IMG/VR virus record: IMGVR_UViG_3300023174_000039
Span: 267,655 to 331,654 of that record
Reading direction: 5' to 3' (one strand)
DNA length: 64,000 nucleotides
The notes beneath the pieces are model-generated. The model had not been told where the DNA came from. It was given only the letters and a program-made list of their open reading frames with translations, and searched no databases. A program made the translations under genes and the position numbers. Positions 53,213 to 61,342 of this stretch are shown in pieces (position 1 is the first letter of the stretch; every line of letters begins with the position of its first letter).

Positions 53213-54409
53213 ATGTCAGAACCATTGTTAGAAAGTCGCTGGGGCGAAACCAAAGAAGCATTGCTCGAAGGTTTGAACGGTACCCGTCGCAATTCCATGA
53301 GTGTGATCCTTGAGAACACACGCAAGTACTTGAAAGAAAATGCATCCGCAGGTTCCACAAGTTCCGGCAACATTGCCACATTGAACCGCGTGATTCTTCC
53401 CGTGATTCGACGTGTTATGCCAACCGTTATTGCTAACGAGTTGGTTGGTGTTCAGCCAATGACTGGTCCAGTTGGTCAGATCCATACTCTGCGTGTACGT
53501 TATGCACAGAGCTTGACTGATACATCAGCAGCCGCAACCAGCGTCACAGCTGGCCAAGAAGCCCTGAGCCCATTCACTATTGCTACTGCATACTCTACAG
53601 TACCAAGAGACACAGCTACAGCTACATCATATACTGGTAACAACACAGCAGTGATGGAAGGCAACGGCGGTAAGCAAATTTCCGTCCAAATCTTGAAGCA
53701 AGCTGTTGAAGCCAAGACTCGCAAATTGCAAGCTCGTTGGACATTTGAATCTGCACAAGACGCACAAGCCATGCACGGTATTGACGTTGAAGCAGAAATC
53801 ATGGCTGCTTTGGCTCAAGAGATCACAGCTGAGATTGACCAAGAGATCTTGTTATCTCTACGTAGTCTGGCTGCTACTGAGTTCACATACAACCAAGCTA
53901 CTGTATCAGGTACAGCCACATTTGTTGGTGACGAACATGCCGCATTGGCTGTTTTGATCAACCGTGTTGCTAACTTGATCGCCCAACGTACACGTCGTGG
54001 CGCTGGTAACTACGCTGTTGTATCTAGTGCCGCATTGACAGTGTTGCAATCTGCAACTACTAGCGCATTTGCACGTACTACAGAAGGTACTTTTGAAGCT
54101 CCTACAAACACCAAGTTTGTGGGTACATTGAACGGCGCTATGCGTGTGTTCGTTGACTCTTATGCCAGTGACACAACACCTGTGTTGGTTGGTTATAAGG
54201 GCTCTTCAGAAGCTGACGCTCCTGCATTCTACTGCCCATACATTCCATTGATGAGCAGTGGTGTTGTGTTGGATCCATCAACATTCGAACCAGTCGTGAG
54301 CTTCATGACGAGATATGGTTACATAGAATTGACAAACACCGCATCGAGTTTTGGTAATGCGGGCGATTATGTTGGCGAGATCGCCGTGAGTAATTTGTCT
54401 TTCAGTTAA
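53213..54409 (+). CDS. gp23: Major capsid protein gp23
   Basis: LVGVQPMTGPVGQI, VEAKTRKLQARWTFESAQD, EITAEIDQEI, FYCPYIPL, FMTRYG. Confidence 0.97.
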   Translation: MSEPLLESRWGETKEALLEGLNGTRRNSMSVILENTRKYLKENASAGSTSSGNIATLNRVILPVIRRVMPTVIANELVGVQPMTGPVGQIHTLRVRYAQSLTDTSAAATSVTAGQEALSPFTIATAYSTVPRDTATATSYTGNNTAVMEGNGGKQISVQILKQAVEAKTRKLQARWTFESAQDAQAMHGIDVEAEIMAALAQEITAEIDQEILLSLRSLAATEFTYNQATVSGTATFVGDEHAALAVLINRVANLIAQRTRRGAGNYAVVSSAALTVLQSATTSAFARTTEGTFEAPTNTKFVGTLNGAMRVFVDSYASDTTPVLVGYKGSSEADAPAFYCPYIPLMSSGVVLDPSTFEPVVSFMTRYGYIELTNTASSFGNAGDYVGEIAVSNLSFS

Positions 54410-54435
54410 TCACTGCAAGGCTTCCTCAAAGCACC

Positions 54436-54460
54436 AAAAAGCACCTTCGGGTGCTTTTTT
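54436..54460 (+). terminator. Rho-independent terminator with cUUCGg loop
   Basis: aaaaagcacc-ttcg-ggtgctttttt. Confidence 0.9.
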
Positions 54461-54461
54461 G

Positions 54462-54522
54462 TTGACAAAAATATCTAAAAATGTTATTGTTATTAGCAGA
54501 AATAGCACTCTCAAACTAAATA
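54462..54522 (+). promoter_or_regulatory. Sigma70-like promoter plus late promoter core for the homing endonuclease
   Basis: TTGACA 54462-67, 17 bp, TATTGT 54485-90; TAAATA 54517-22. Confidence 0.55.
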
Positions 54523-54527
54523 ACAAT

Positions 54528-55283
54528 ATGAAACCTTATACCTATCTAATTAAACATCGACCAACAGGCAAAATCTATTATGGCTATCGTTCTGCTAACA
54601 AAGTAGACCCACAAGAGGATTTATGGAAACATTACTTTACAAGTAGTCCGGGAGTACAAAAGCTGATTGAAGAAACCGGGACCGATAGCTTTGATGTAGA
54701 AATACGCAGGACATTTGAAACCAAAGAACAGGCAAGTAATTGGGAAACAAGAGTTCTCAAACGCTGTCGAGTATTAGAAGATGACCGCTGGATAAATCAA
54801 AATGTAGCTGGATACATTGTACCAACAGAAGAAAGCAGAAAGAAGATTAGCGAGTATCACAAAGATAAACCTAAGAGTGAAGAACATAAACTGAATTTAA
54901 GCAAATCTCAAAAAGGAAAACCCAAGATAAACAGCAAAAATCAGACGCCTGAATATAGAGCACTGATGTCTAAACTTAAATCTGGACCAAACAACCCAAT
55001 GTATGGCAAAGGGTGTACCGAAGAAAGAGCTAGAAAAATAAGTGAAGCCAATAAAGGACGCAACGCACCTAACAAAGGTGTGCCCATGAGCGAAGAACAA
55101 AAACAAAAACTCAGTCAAAGAATGAAAGGGCGTAAAGTTGATCCTGAAGTGCTAGCCCGCAGAGTAGCATCTCAAACTGGTCAAACCCGACCCAAGCTGT
55201 ACTGTGCTCACTGCAAGCGAAACATAGCTCAAGGTTGGTTCCACCGACACGGTGATAACTGTAGCAGTCAACCCACAGCCTGA
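54528..55283 (+). mobile_element. Free-standing GIY-YIG/NUMOD3 (Seg-like) homing endonuclease; likely start 54528
   Basis: PYTYLIKHRPTGKIYYGYR, WETRVL, WINQN; NUMOD3-like SEEHKLNLSKSQKGK and MSEEQKQKLSQRMKGRK; C-terminal CAHC...HGDNC. Confidence 0.85.
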
Positions 55284-55336
55284 CCACTTGACTCCGGCTT
55301 TTTCCAGGCCCTACGCCCAGTCACACAGTGGCCAGC

Positions 55337-55344
55337 GATAAATA
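55337..55344 (+). promoter_or_regulatory. Late promoter variant GATAAATA
   Basis: 29 nt upstream of ATG 55374. Confidence 0.55.
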
Positions 55345-55373
55345 AAAAAGCTGTAAAAAACAAGGAAACACAT

Positions 55374-57413
55374 ATGCCATTATCAATCGGACCTGGCTGG
55401 AGCATTGGCCCTGGATGGAGCATTGGGGGAGGCGGAGCCGCCCCTGCTGTCGCAACTGATCCGTACTTCATGTACAACTCGCTGTTGCTCACAGGAGATG
55501 GTACTAATCTCTCACAAAACAACACGTTCTTGGATTCAAGTACCAACAACTTTGCCATCACACGAGCAGGCAATACCACACAAGGCACGTTCTCTCCTTA
55601 TGGCACCAACTGGTCAAATTACTTTGATGGGTCTGGGGATTTTTTGACTGCGCCAAGCAATGCCGCATTTAATGTTAGCAACACATGGACAGTTGAGTGC
55701 TGGTATTACCCAGTAAGCAGATCAAATACATATCCATGTATTATCTCACTCTCAGATGGCAACTATGCAAATTCAATAGTTCTATTTGATAGACATGCTA
55801 GTTCTTCTACTAAGTTTTCTTTTGCCGTTGGATCCGCTGCTCTTAATTCAGGCACAACCAACGTTGTTGATGGCACATGGTATCATATAGCTTTAGTTAG
55901 CAATAGTGGTGTTGTTACTATGTATGTCAATGGCACTGCAGAGGTCACAGCAAATGTAACTGCTGGTGCTGTAAGTAAATCTGTTTATATTGGTGCAAAT
56001 TTTGATTATGCGTCTTATGCAACATACATCAATGGTTATATCAGCAATGCCAGAGTTGTTAAAGGTACCGCAGTTTATACAGGTAATTTTACCCCAAGTA
56101 CCACACCACTAACAGCAATCACCAACACAAGTTTATTAACCTGTGCTGCCAGTCGTTTTATTGATAACAGTACTAATAACTTTACTATTACCAAGAACGG
56201 TGATACCGCAGTTCAAAGATTTTCACCATTTGAGCCCACAGCCGCCTACTCAACCAGCACAATCGGTGGGTCAGGATACTTTGATGGCTCAGGTGATTAT
56301 TTGAGCGTTGCAAACAATGCAGCATTTGCCTTGGGATCTGGTGACTTCACTGTTGAATGTTGGTTTTATATGAACAACACATCAACTGCAATGTGTATGT
56401 TTGAGAATCGTCCAAGTAATACAGGTAGTGGAATTAATATGTTTGTCAATTATTCTGCGGCTGGACAAGTTCAATATAGAGACGTTACCGGCGCACCAAT
56501 TTCATCATCTATTACAGTATCAGCAAATACATGGAATCATTATGCATTAGTGCGTAGTGGTTCAACAATTACACTTTGGATTAACGGTCAAAGTGGCGGC
56601 ACTGTTACAAAAACAACAAACTTTACTGATACTACTTGTGTATTGGCGCAAGACCAGGGAGGCGGATTTAACTTTGCCGGTTATCTAAGTAATTTTAGGA
56701 TTGTTAAAGGCACTGCTGTTTATACAAGTGCATTTACACCAAGTACTACACCACTAACAGCCATTGCAAATACAAGTTTATTAACTGGCTTTACCAACGC
56801 AGGTGTCATTGACAATGCCATGATGAACGACTTGGAAACAGTTGGTGATGCAAAAATATCTACCACACAATCAAAGTTTGGCGGTTCAAGTATGGCGTTT
56901 GATGGTACTGGTGATTACTTAACACAACCAAGCTCACAAAACTTCAATTTTGGATCAGGCGATTTCACAATGGAGGGATGGTTTTACCAAACAGGTTTGT
57001 CATCGTCCTACCCTGGTATAGTTTCAAATCCATTAGCTTGGGGCAATGCAGGTGCGTGGGCAGTTTTATCTAGCCATGCCGCATCCGGAGTAAGAAAATT
57101 ACAATTTTATTGCTACAACGCTGACCAATCTAATCCTTTACTGTTAGGAACAACATCATTATCTGATAATACTTGGTATTATTTTGCACTAACTAGATCA
57201 GGCACAACCTTTAGATTGTTTTTGAATGGGACACAAGAGGCGACAGCTACATTTAGCGGATCCGTTACTAGTGTAAGCAGTGGTCTTGTTGTAGGTATTA
57301 ATCAAACGGCTTATGCGTTTCAAGGTTACATAGACGACCTCCGCATCACCAAGGGATACGCCAGATACACCACCACATTCACGCCACCCACAGCGGCACT
57401 ACCAACTTATTAA
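55374..57413 (+). CDS. LamG/concanavalin A-like lectin-fold virion protein A1 (three modules)
   Basis: Repeated FTVECW.Y, W.H.A.VR, FxGYI..LRI.KG motifs. Confidence 0.8.
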   Translation: MPLSIGPGWSIGPGWSIGGGGAAPAVATDPYFMYNSLLLTGDGTNLSQNNTFLDSSTNNFAITRAGNTTQGTFSPYGTNWSNYFDGSGDFLTAPSNAAFNVSNTWTVECWYYPVSRSNTYPCIISLSDGNYANSIVLFDRHASSSTKFSFAVGSAALNSGTTNVVDGTWYHIALVSNSGVVTMYVNGTAEVTANVTAGAVSKSVYIGANFDYASYATYINGYISNARVVKGTAVYTGNFTPSTTPLTAITNTSLLTCAASRFIDNSTNNFTITKNGDTAVQRFSPFEPTAAYSTSTIGGSGYFDGSGDYLSVANNAAFALGSGDFTVECWFYMNNTSTAMCMFENRPSNTGSGINMFVNYSAAGQVQYRDVTGAPISSSITVSANTWNHYALVRSGSTITLWINGQSGGTVTKTTNFTDTTCVLAQDQGGGFNFAGYLSNFRIVKGTAVYTSAFTPSTTPLTAIANTSLLTGFTNAGVIDNAMMNDLETVGDAKISTTQSKFGGSSMAFDGTGDYLTQPSSQNFNFGSGDFTMEGWFYQTGLSSSYPGIVSNPLAWGNAGAWAVLSSHAASGVRKLQFYCYNADQSNPLLLGTTSLSDNTWYYFALTRSGTTFRLFLNGTQEATATFSGSVTSVSSGLVVGINQTAYAFQGYIDDLRITKGYARYTTTFTPPTAALPTY

Positions 57414-57422
57414 GGAACACAC

Positions 57423-58346
57423 ATGGGATTCACAATCGGCCCTGGATGGGCAATTACAGGGGCATGGGCCATTGGCGACACTGGGGGCGGAGCCTCAGTC
57501 ACACCCACAGTGGAATACTTGGTGGTTGCCGGCGGAGGTGGCGGAGGTGGTAAAAATACCGGTGGTGGTGGAGGTGCAGGTGGTTTTAGAACAGCCACCG
57601 GATTTGCAGTCACATCCGGTACACCTATCACAGTCACAGTTGGCGCAGGTGGCGTTTCAGCTGCAACCACCACTCAAGCATATGGTGGCAACGGTGGCGA
57701 TTCAGTGTTTGGCACTATTACCGCCACTGGTGGTGGCGGAGGTGGCTACGGTGTAGGCGCAGGTCAACGTGCAGTTGCTGGTAAAGCCGGTGGTTCAGGC
57801 GGCGGTGGTGGTGGCGATGACACAGGCGGACCATATTCAGGAGGTGCAGGTAACACACCATCTACTTCGCCAGTGCAAGGTTATGCTGGCGGCCAAGGAA
57901 ATTCACCCGGAGCCAATGGCGGTGGTGGCGGTGGATCATCAGCCGCGGGCGAAAACGGCATTGTGAATACTCGTGGTGGAAATGGCGGAGCAGGAACAGC
58001 AAGTTCAATATCTGGAACAAGTGTGACTTACGCCGGTGGCGGTGGTGGTGGTGGTAATGCAACTGCTGGCGCAGGCGGTTCTGGTGGTGGTGGCGCAGGA
58101 GGCGCAGGCAATCCAGGAGGCGCAGGAACTGCAGGAACCCCTAATACTGGAGGCGGTGGAGGTGGTTGCGGTGGTTACGAAACCAGTAACGCATCTGGTG
58201 CAGGTGGATCGGGTATCGTGATCATTCGTTATCCAGATAGTTATGCAGCCGCTACTGCCACAACAGGGTCACCCACTATCACAGTAGCCGGAGGCTACAG
58301 AGTGTACAAATGGACCACTGTGGGTTCAGGATCAATAACATTTTAA
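57423..58346 (+). CDS. Glycine-rich virion protein B1
   Basis: VEYLVVAGGGGGG, NTGGGGGG, GGSGIVIIRYP, GGYRVYKWT. Confidence 0.75.
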   Translation: MGFTIGPGWAITGAWAIGDTGGGASVTPTVEYLVVAGGGGGGGKNTGGGGGAGGFRTATGFAVTSGTPITVTVGAGGVSAATTTQAYGGNGGDSVFGTITATGGGGGGYGVGAGQRAVAGKAGGSGGGGGGDDTGGPYSGGAGNTPSTSPVQGYAGGQGNSPGANGGGGGGSSAAGENGIVNTRGGNGGAGTASSISGTSVTYAGGGGGGGNATAGAGGSGGGGAGGAGNPGGAGTAGTPNTGGGGGGCGGYETSNASGAGGSGIVIIRYPDSYAAATATTGSPTITVAGGYRVYKWTTVGSGSITF

Positions 58347-58360
58347 TCGAGGAAACACAT

Positions 58361-60373
58361 ATGCCATTATCAATTGGACCCGGCTGGAGCATTGGCCCTG
58401 GATGGAGCATTGGAGGAGGCGGAGCCGCCCCTGCTGTCGCAACTGACCCCTACTTCATGTACAACTCATTGCTGTTGACCGGAGACGGAACTAACAATGC
58501 CACAAACAACACATTTGTAGATGGTTCAACCAACAACTTTAGTATCACTCGCAACGGTAATACCACACAGGGCACCTTTTCACCATATGGTGCTAATTGG
58601 AGTAACTACTTTGATGGTAGTACCTCTTATCTAACAACAGCATCTAGTTCAGCCCCGTCTAGTGATTTTACACTGGAGGCATGGATTTATAGGACGGCTG
58701 CAACAACTGCTGTTATAATTGGTTATGGATCGGAAACAACCGGTCGTACATTTATGTATGTTACATCGGGCGGCAGTTTAGCTACAAGCATTTATAATAT
58801 AGGAGACACTACATTTGGTGGATCAATTCCTCTAAATCAATGGACTCATATTGCCATGGTTCGCTCAAGTAATGTAATTACGGGCTATATAAACGGCACT
58901 GCTCAAGCAACAACGACATCAACTGCTACAACTGTAGGGAATACAGGTGGGTTTGGGGTGGGAGCCGGAAAAGACGGTTCAAACAAATTTACAGGATATA
59001 TTTCTAATGCTAGGGTAGTCAATGGAGTTGCAGTTTACACATCAGCCTTTACGCCAAGTACAACGCCACTAACAGCCATAGCAGGTACAAGTTTGTTGAC
59101 CTGCCAAAGCAACAGATTCAAAGATAACTCATCAAATGCATTTGCATTAACTGTGTCAGGCACCCCAACCGTGCAAGTGTTCTCACCATTCAGTCCCACC
59201 GCAGCCTACTCAGCAAGTACAATCGGTGGGTCAGGATACTTCGATGGCGCAGGAGATTTTTTAACAGCTCCAGCAAACACTGCATTCAATTTGGGCACTG
59301 GCGACTTTACCATTGAATGTTGGGTTTACTTGACAAATTCGACGGCCACTACTCAAAGCATTATGGGTATTGGTGACACTGGAGCAACCAATGATATTCA
59401 ACTTTGGTATAATAATGTTGCCAACAAAATCACATTTAATGTGTATGGCAACCCCAGATTTGATTCTAGTTCCAATGTCACTACCGGCAATTGGATACAC
59501 CTAGCGTGTACCCGCGCATCGGGTGCATTCAAGCTGTTTATTAATGGTGTACAAGAGGCCGCTGGCTCTCTAGGCAACAATTTATCAAACAACGTGCTGG
59601 TCATTGGCAGACCTTACGCATCACTTCCAAATAATGAATATTTTTATGGTTACATCAGTAATCTTCGCATTGTTAAAGGCACCGCGGTCTACACCTCGGC
59701 CTTTACACCACCTACCTCACCGGTCACTTCAATCAGTGGTACCAGCATATTAACCAACTTTACCAACGGTGGTATTATTGACAATGCAATGATCAACAAC
59801 TTGGAAACAGTGGGTGATGCCAAAATATCCACTGCACAATCAAAGTTTGGCGGTTCAAGTATGGCGTTTGATGGTACTGGCGATTATCTAGCCGTATCTC
59901 CTAATGTAACTAATAACTTAGGCACCGGTGATTTCACAATTGAAGCATGGATATATCTAACATCGGCCTCTACATATCAATTTTTAATAGGTAGTAGCAA
60001 CAATGTTAGTGGCTACATGATGGTTGGACTAAACGTACCGCTTTCCCCAACATCAACTATTGCTTTAGGTACGTCTGGCCAGACTTGGCCACTACAATTT
60101 GGAACAGGCACAACATTTACATCAAATACGTGGACTCATATTGCTATCACTAGATCAGGCACAACAAATAGAGCATTCATCAATGGAGTCCAACTTGGTT
60201 CTAATGTAACCGATTCTACTAATTGGACATTCCCAAGTAATACAATGTGGATAGGTAACCAATCAGGCGGAAATTCCTTGAACGGTTACATAGACGACCT
60301 CCGAGTAACCAAAGGCTATGCACGTTATACAAGTAACTTCACGCCTCCCACTGCGGCACTACCAACTTATTAA
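58361..60373 (+). CDS. LamG-like protein A2 (start at 58361, not 58310)
   Basis: Same MPLSIGPGWS start as A1; GAGG RBS. Confidence 0.8.
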   Translation: MPLSIGPGWSIGPGWSIGGGGAAPAVATDPYFMYNSLLLTGDGTNNATNNTFVDGSTNNFSITRNGNTTQGTFSPYGANWSNYFDGSTSYLTTASSSAPSSDFTLEAWIYRTAATTAVIIGYGSETTGRTFMYVTSGGSLATSIYNIGDTTFGGSIPLNQWTHIAMVRSSNVITGYINGTAQATTTSTATTVGNTGGFGVGAGKDGSNKFTGYISNARVVNGVAVYTSAFTPSTTPLTAIAGTSLLTCQSNRFKDNSSNAFALTVSGTPTVQVFSPFSPTAAYSASTIGGSGYFDGAGDFLTAPANTAFNLGTGDFTIECWVYLTNSTATTQSIMGIGDTGATNDIQLWYNNVANKITFNVYGNPRFDSSSNVTTGNWIHLACTRASGAFKLFINGVQEAAGSLGNNLSNNVLVIGRPYASLPNNEYFYGYISNLRIVKGTAVYTSAFTPPTSPVTSISGTSILTNFTNGGIIDNAMINNLETVGDAKISTAQSKFGGSSMAFDGTGDYLAVSPNVTNNLGTGDFTIEAWIYLTSASTYQFLIGSSNNVSGYMMVGLNVPLSPTSTIALGTSGQTWPLQFGTGTTFTSNTWTHIAITRSGTTNRAFINGVQLGSNVTDSTNWTFPSNTMWIGNQSGGNSLNGYIDDLRVTKGYARYTSNFTPPTAALPTY

Positions 60374-60381
60374 GGACATAT

Positions 60382-61326
60382 ATGGGATTCACAATCGGGC
60401 CCGGATGGGCAATTACAGGTGCATGGGCCATAGGAGACACAGCAGGAGGCGGTGGTGGATCAACTGTTCCTGCTGAATTTTTAGTTGTTGCCGGGGGCGG
60501 TGGCGGTGCTTATGCCAGTGGTGGGGGTGGTGGCGGCGGAATAGTACATGCTGTCACAGCAAATTTCACAATGTCAACGGCGTATACTATCGCTGTTGGT
60601 GACGGCGGTGCCGGAACTAACTCGGCAAGTTTTGCAAGTTCAGGACAAAACAGTTCCATAGTAGGAACCAGTATCAACGCTGTTGCACTTGGAGGCGGAG
60701 GAGGTGCTGCCTATAATAATACAGGTGTAGCCGGCGGATCAGGTGGCGGCGGTGGATACAACTTTGGAGTTGTTGCACAAATTGGCGGAGCATCAACACA
60801 AACTTCTGGAAGTTATAACGGATATGGATCAGCTGGTGGAAGTTCAATTGATAGCCAATCACAGCCATTTTCAGCAGGTGGTGGCGGAGGTGCAGGCGGC
60901 CCAGGTGGGTCAGTTACTTCTGCCACCGGTATTGCAGGTGTAGGCGGGGTCGGACGTGCATTTAGCACATCTGGTACTTCAACATATTATGGTGGCGGTG
61001 GTGCAGGTGGTGCCGGGGGCAGCCTATATACAACACCTATAACAACAGCCGCATTAGGTGGTGGTGGAGTTTGTGGTGGCAACGGTGGTGGTACCGCTAT
61101 GAATGGTACACCAAATACAGGTGGTGGTGGTGCAGCCGACAACAGATCAACGGGCAATAATTACAATGGTACCTTTGGCAACGGTGGATCGGGTATCGTG
61201 ATCATTCGTTATCCAGACTCATATGCAGCCGCAACTGCCACTACTGGCAGCCCAACAATCACCGTCGCAGGTGGCTACAGAGTCTACAAATGGACCACTG
61301 TGGGCAGTGGCTCAATAACATTTTAA
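60382..61326 (+). CDS. Glycine-rich virion protein B2
   Basis: N-terminal 19 aa and C-terminal ~40 aa identical to B1. Confidence 0.75.
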   Translation: MGFTIGPGWAITGAWAIGDTAGGGGGSTVPAEFLVVAGGGGGAYASGGGGGGGIVHAVTANFTMSTAYTIAVGDGGAGTNSASFASSGQNSSIVGTSINAVALGGGGGAAYNNTGVAGGSGGGGGYNFGVVAQIGGASTQTSGSYNGYGSAGGSSIDSQSQPFSAGGGGGAGGPGGSVTSATGIAGVGGVGRAFSTSGTSTYYGGGGAGGAGGSLYTTPITTAALGGGGVCGGNGGGTAMNGTPNTGGGGAADNRSTGNNYNGTFGNGGSGIVIIRYPDSYAAATATTGSPTITVAGGYRVYKWTTVGSGSITF

Positions 61327-61342
61327 TCGAGGAAACATAAAC

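Noticed and set aside
54459-54527. N-terminal 23 codons of the track's endonuclease ORF
   Set aside because: Overlaps the terminator and promoter elements; the GIY-YIG motif starts right after ATG 54528.
55284-55336. Weak inverted repeat (tgact/agtca) after the homing endonuclease
   Set aside because: Only a 5-bp stem with a long loop and no U-tract; not distinguishable from chance.
58310-58360. Track start for A2
   Set aside because: Paralogues A1 and A3 begin at MPLSIG, which has an RBS at 58349-53.
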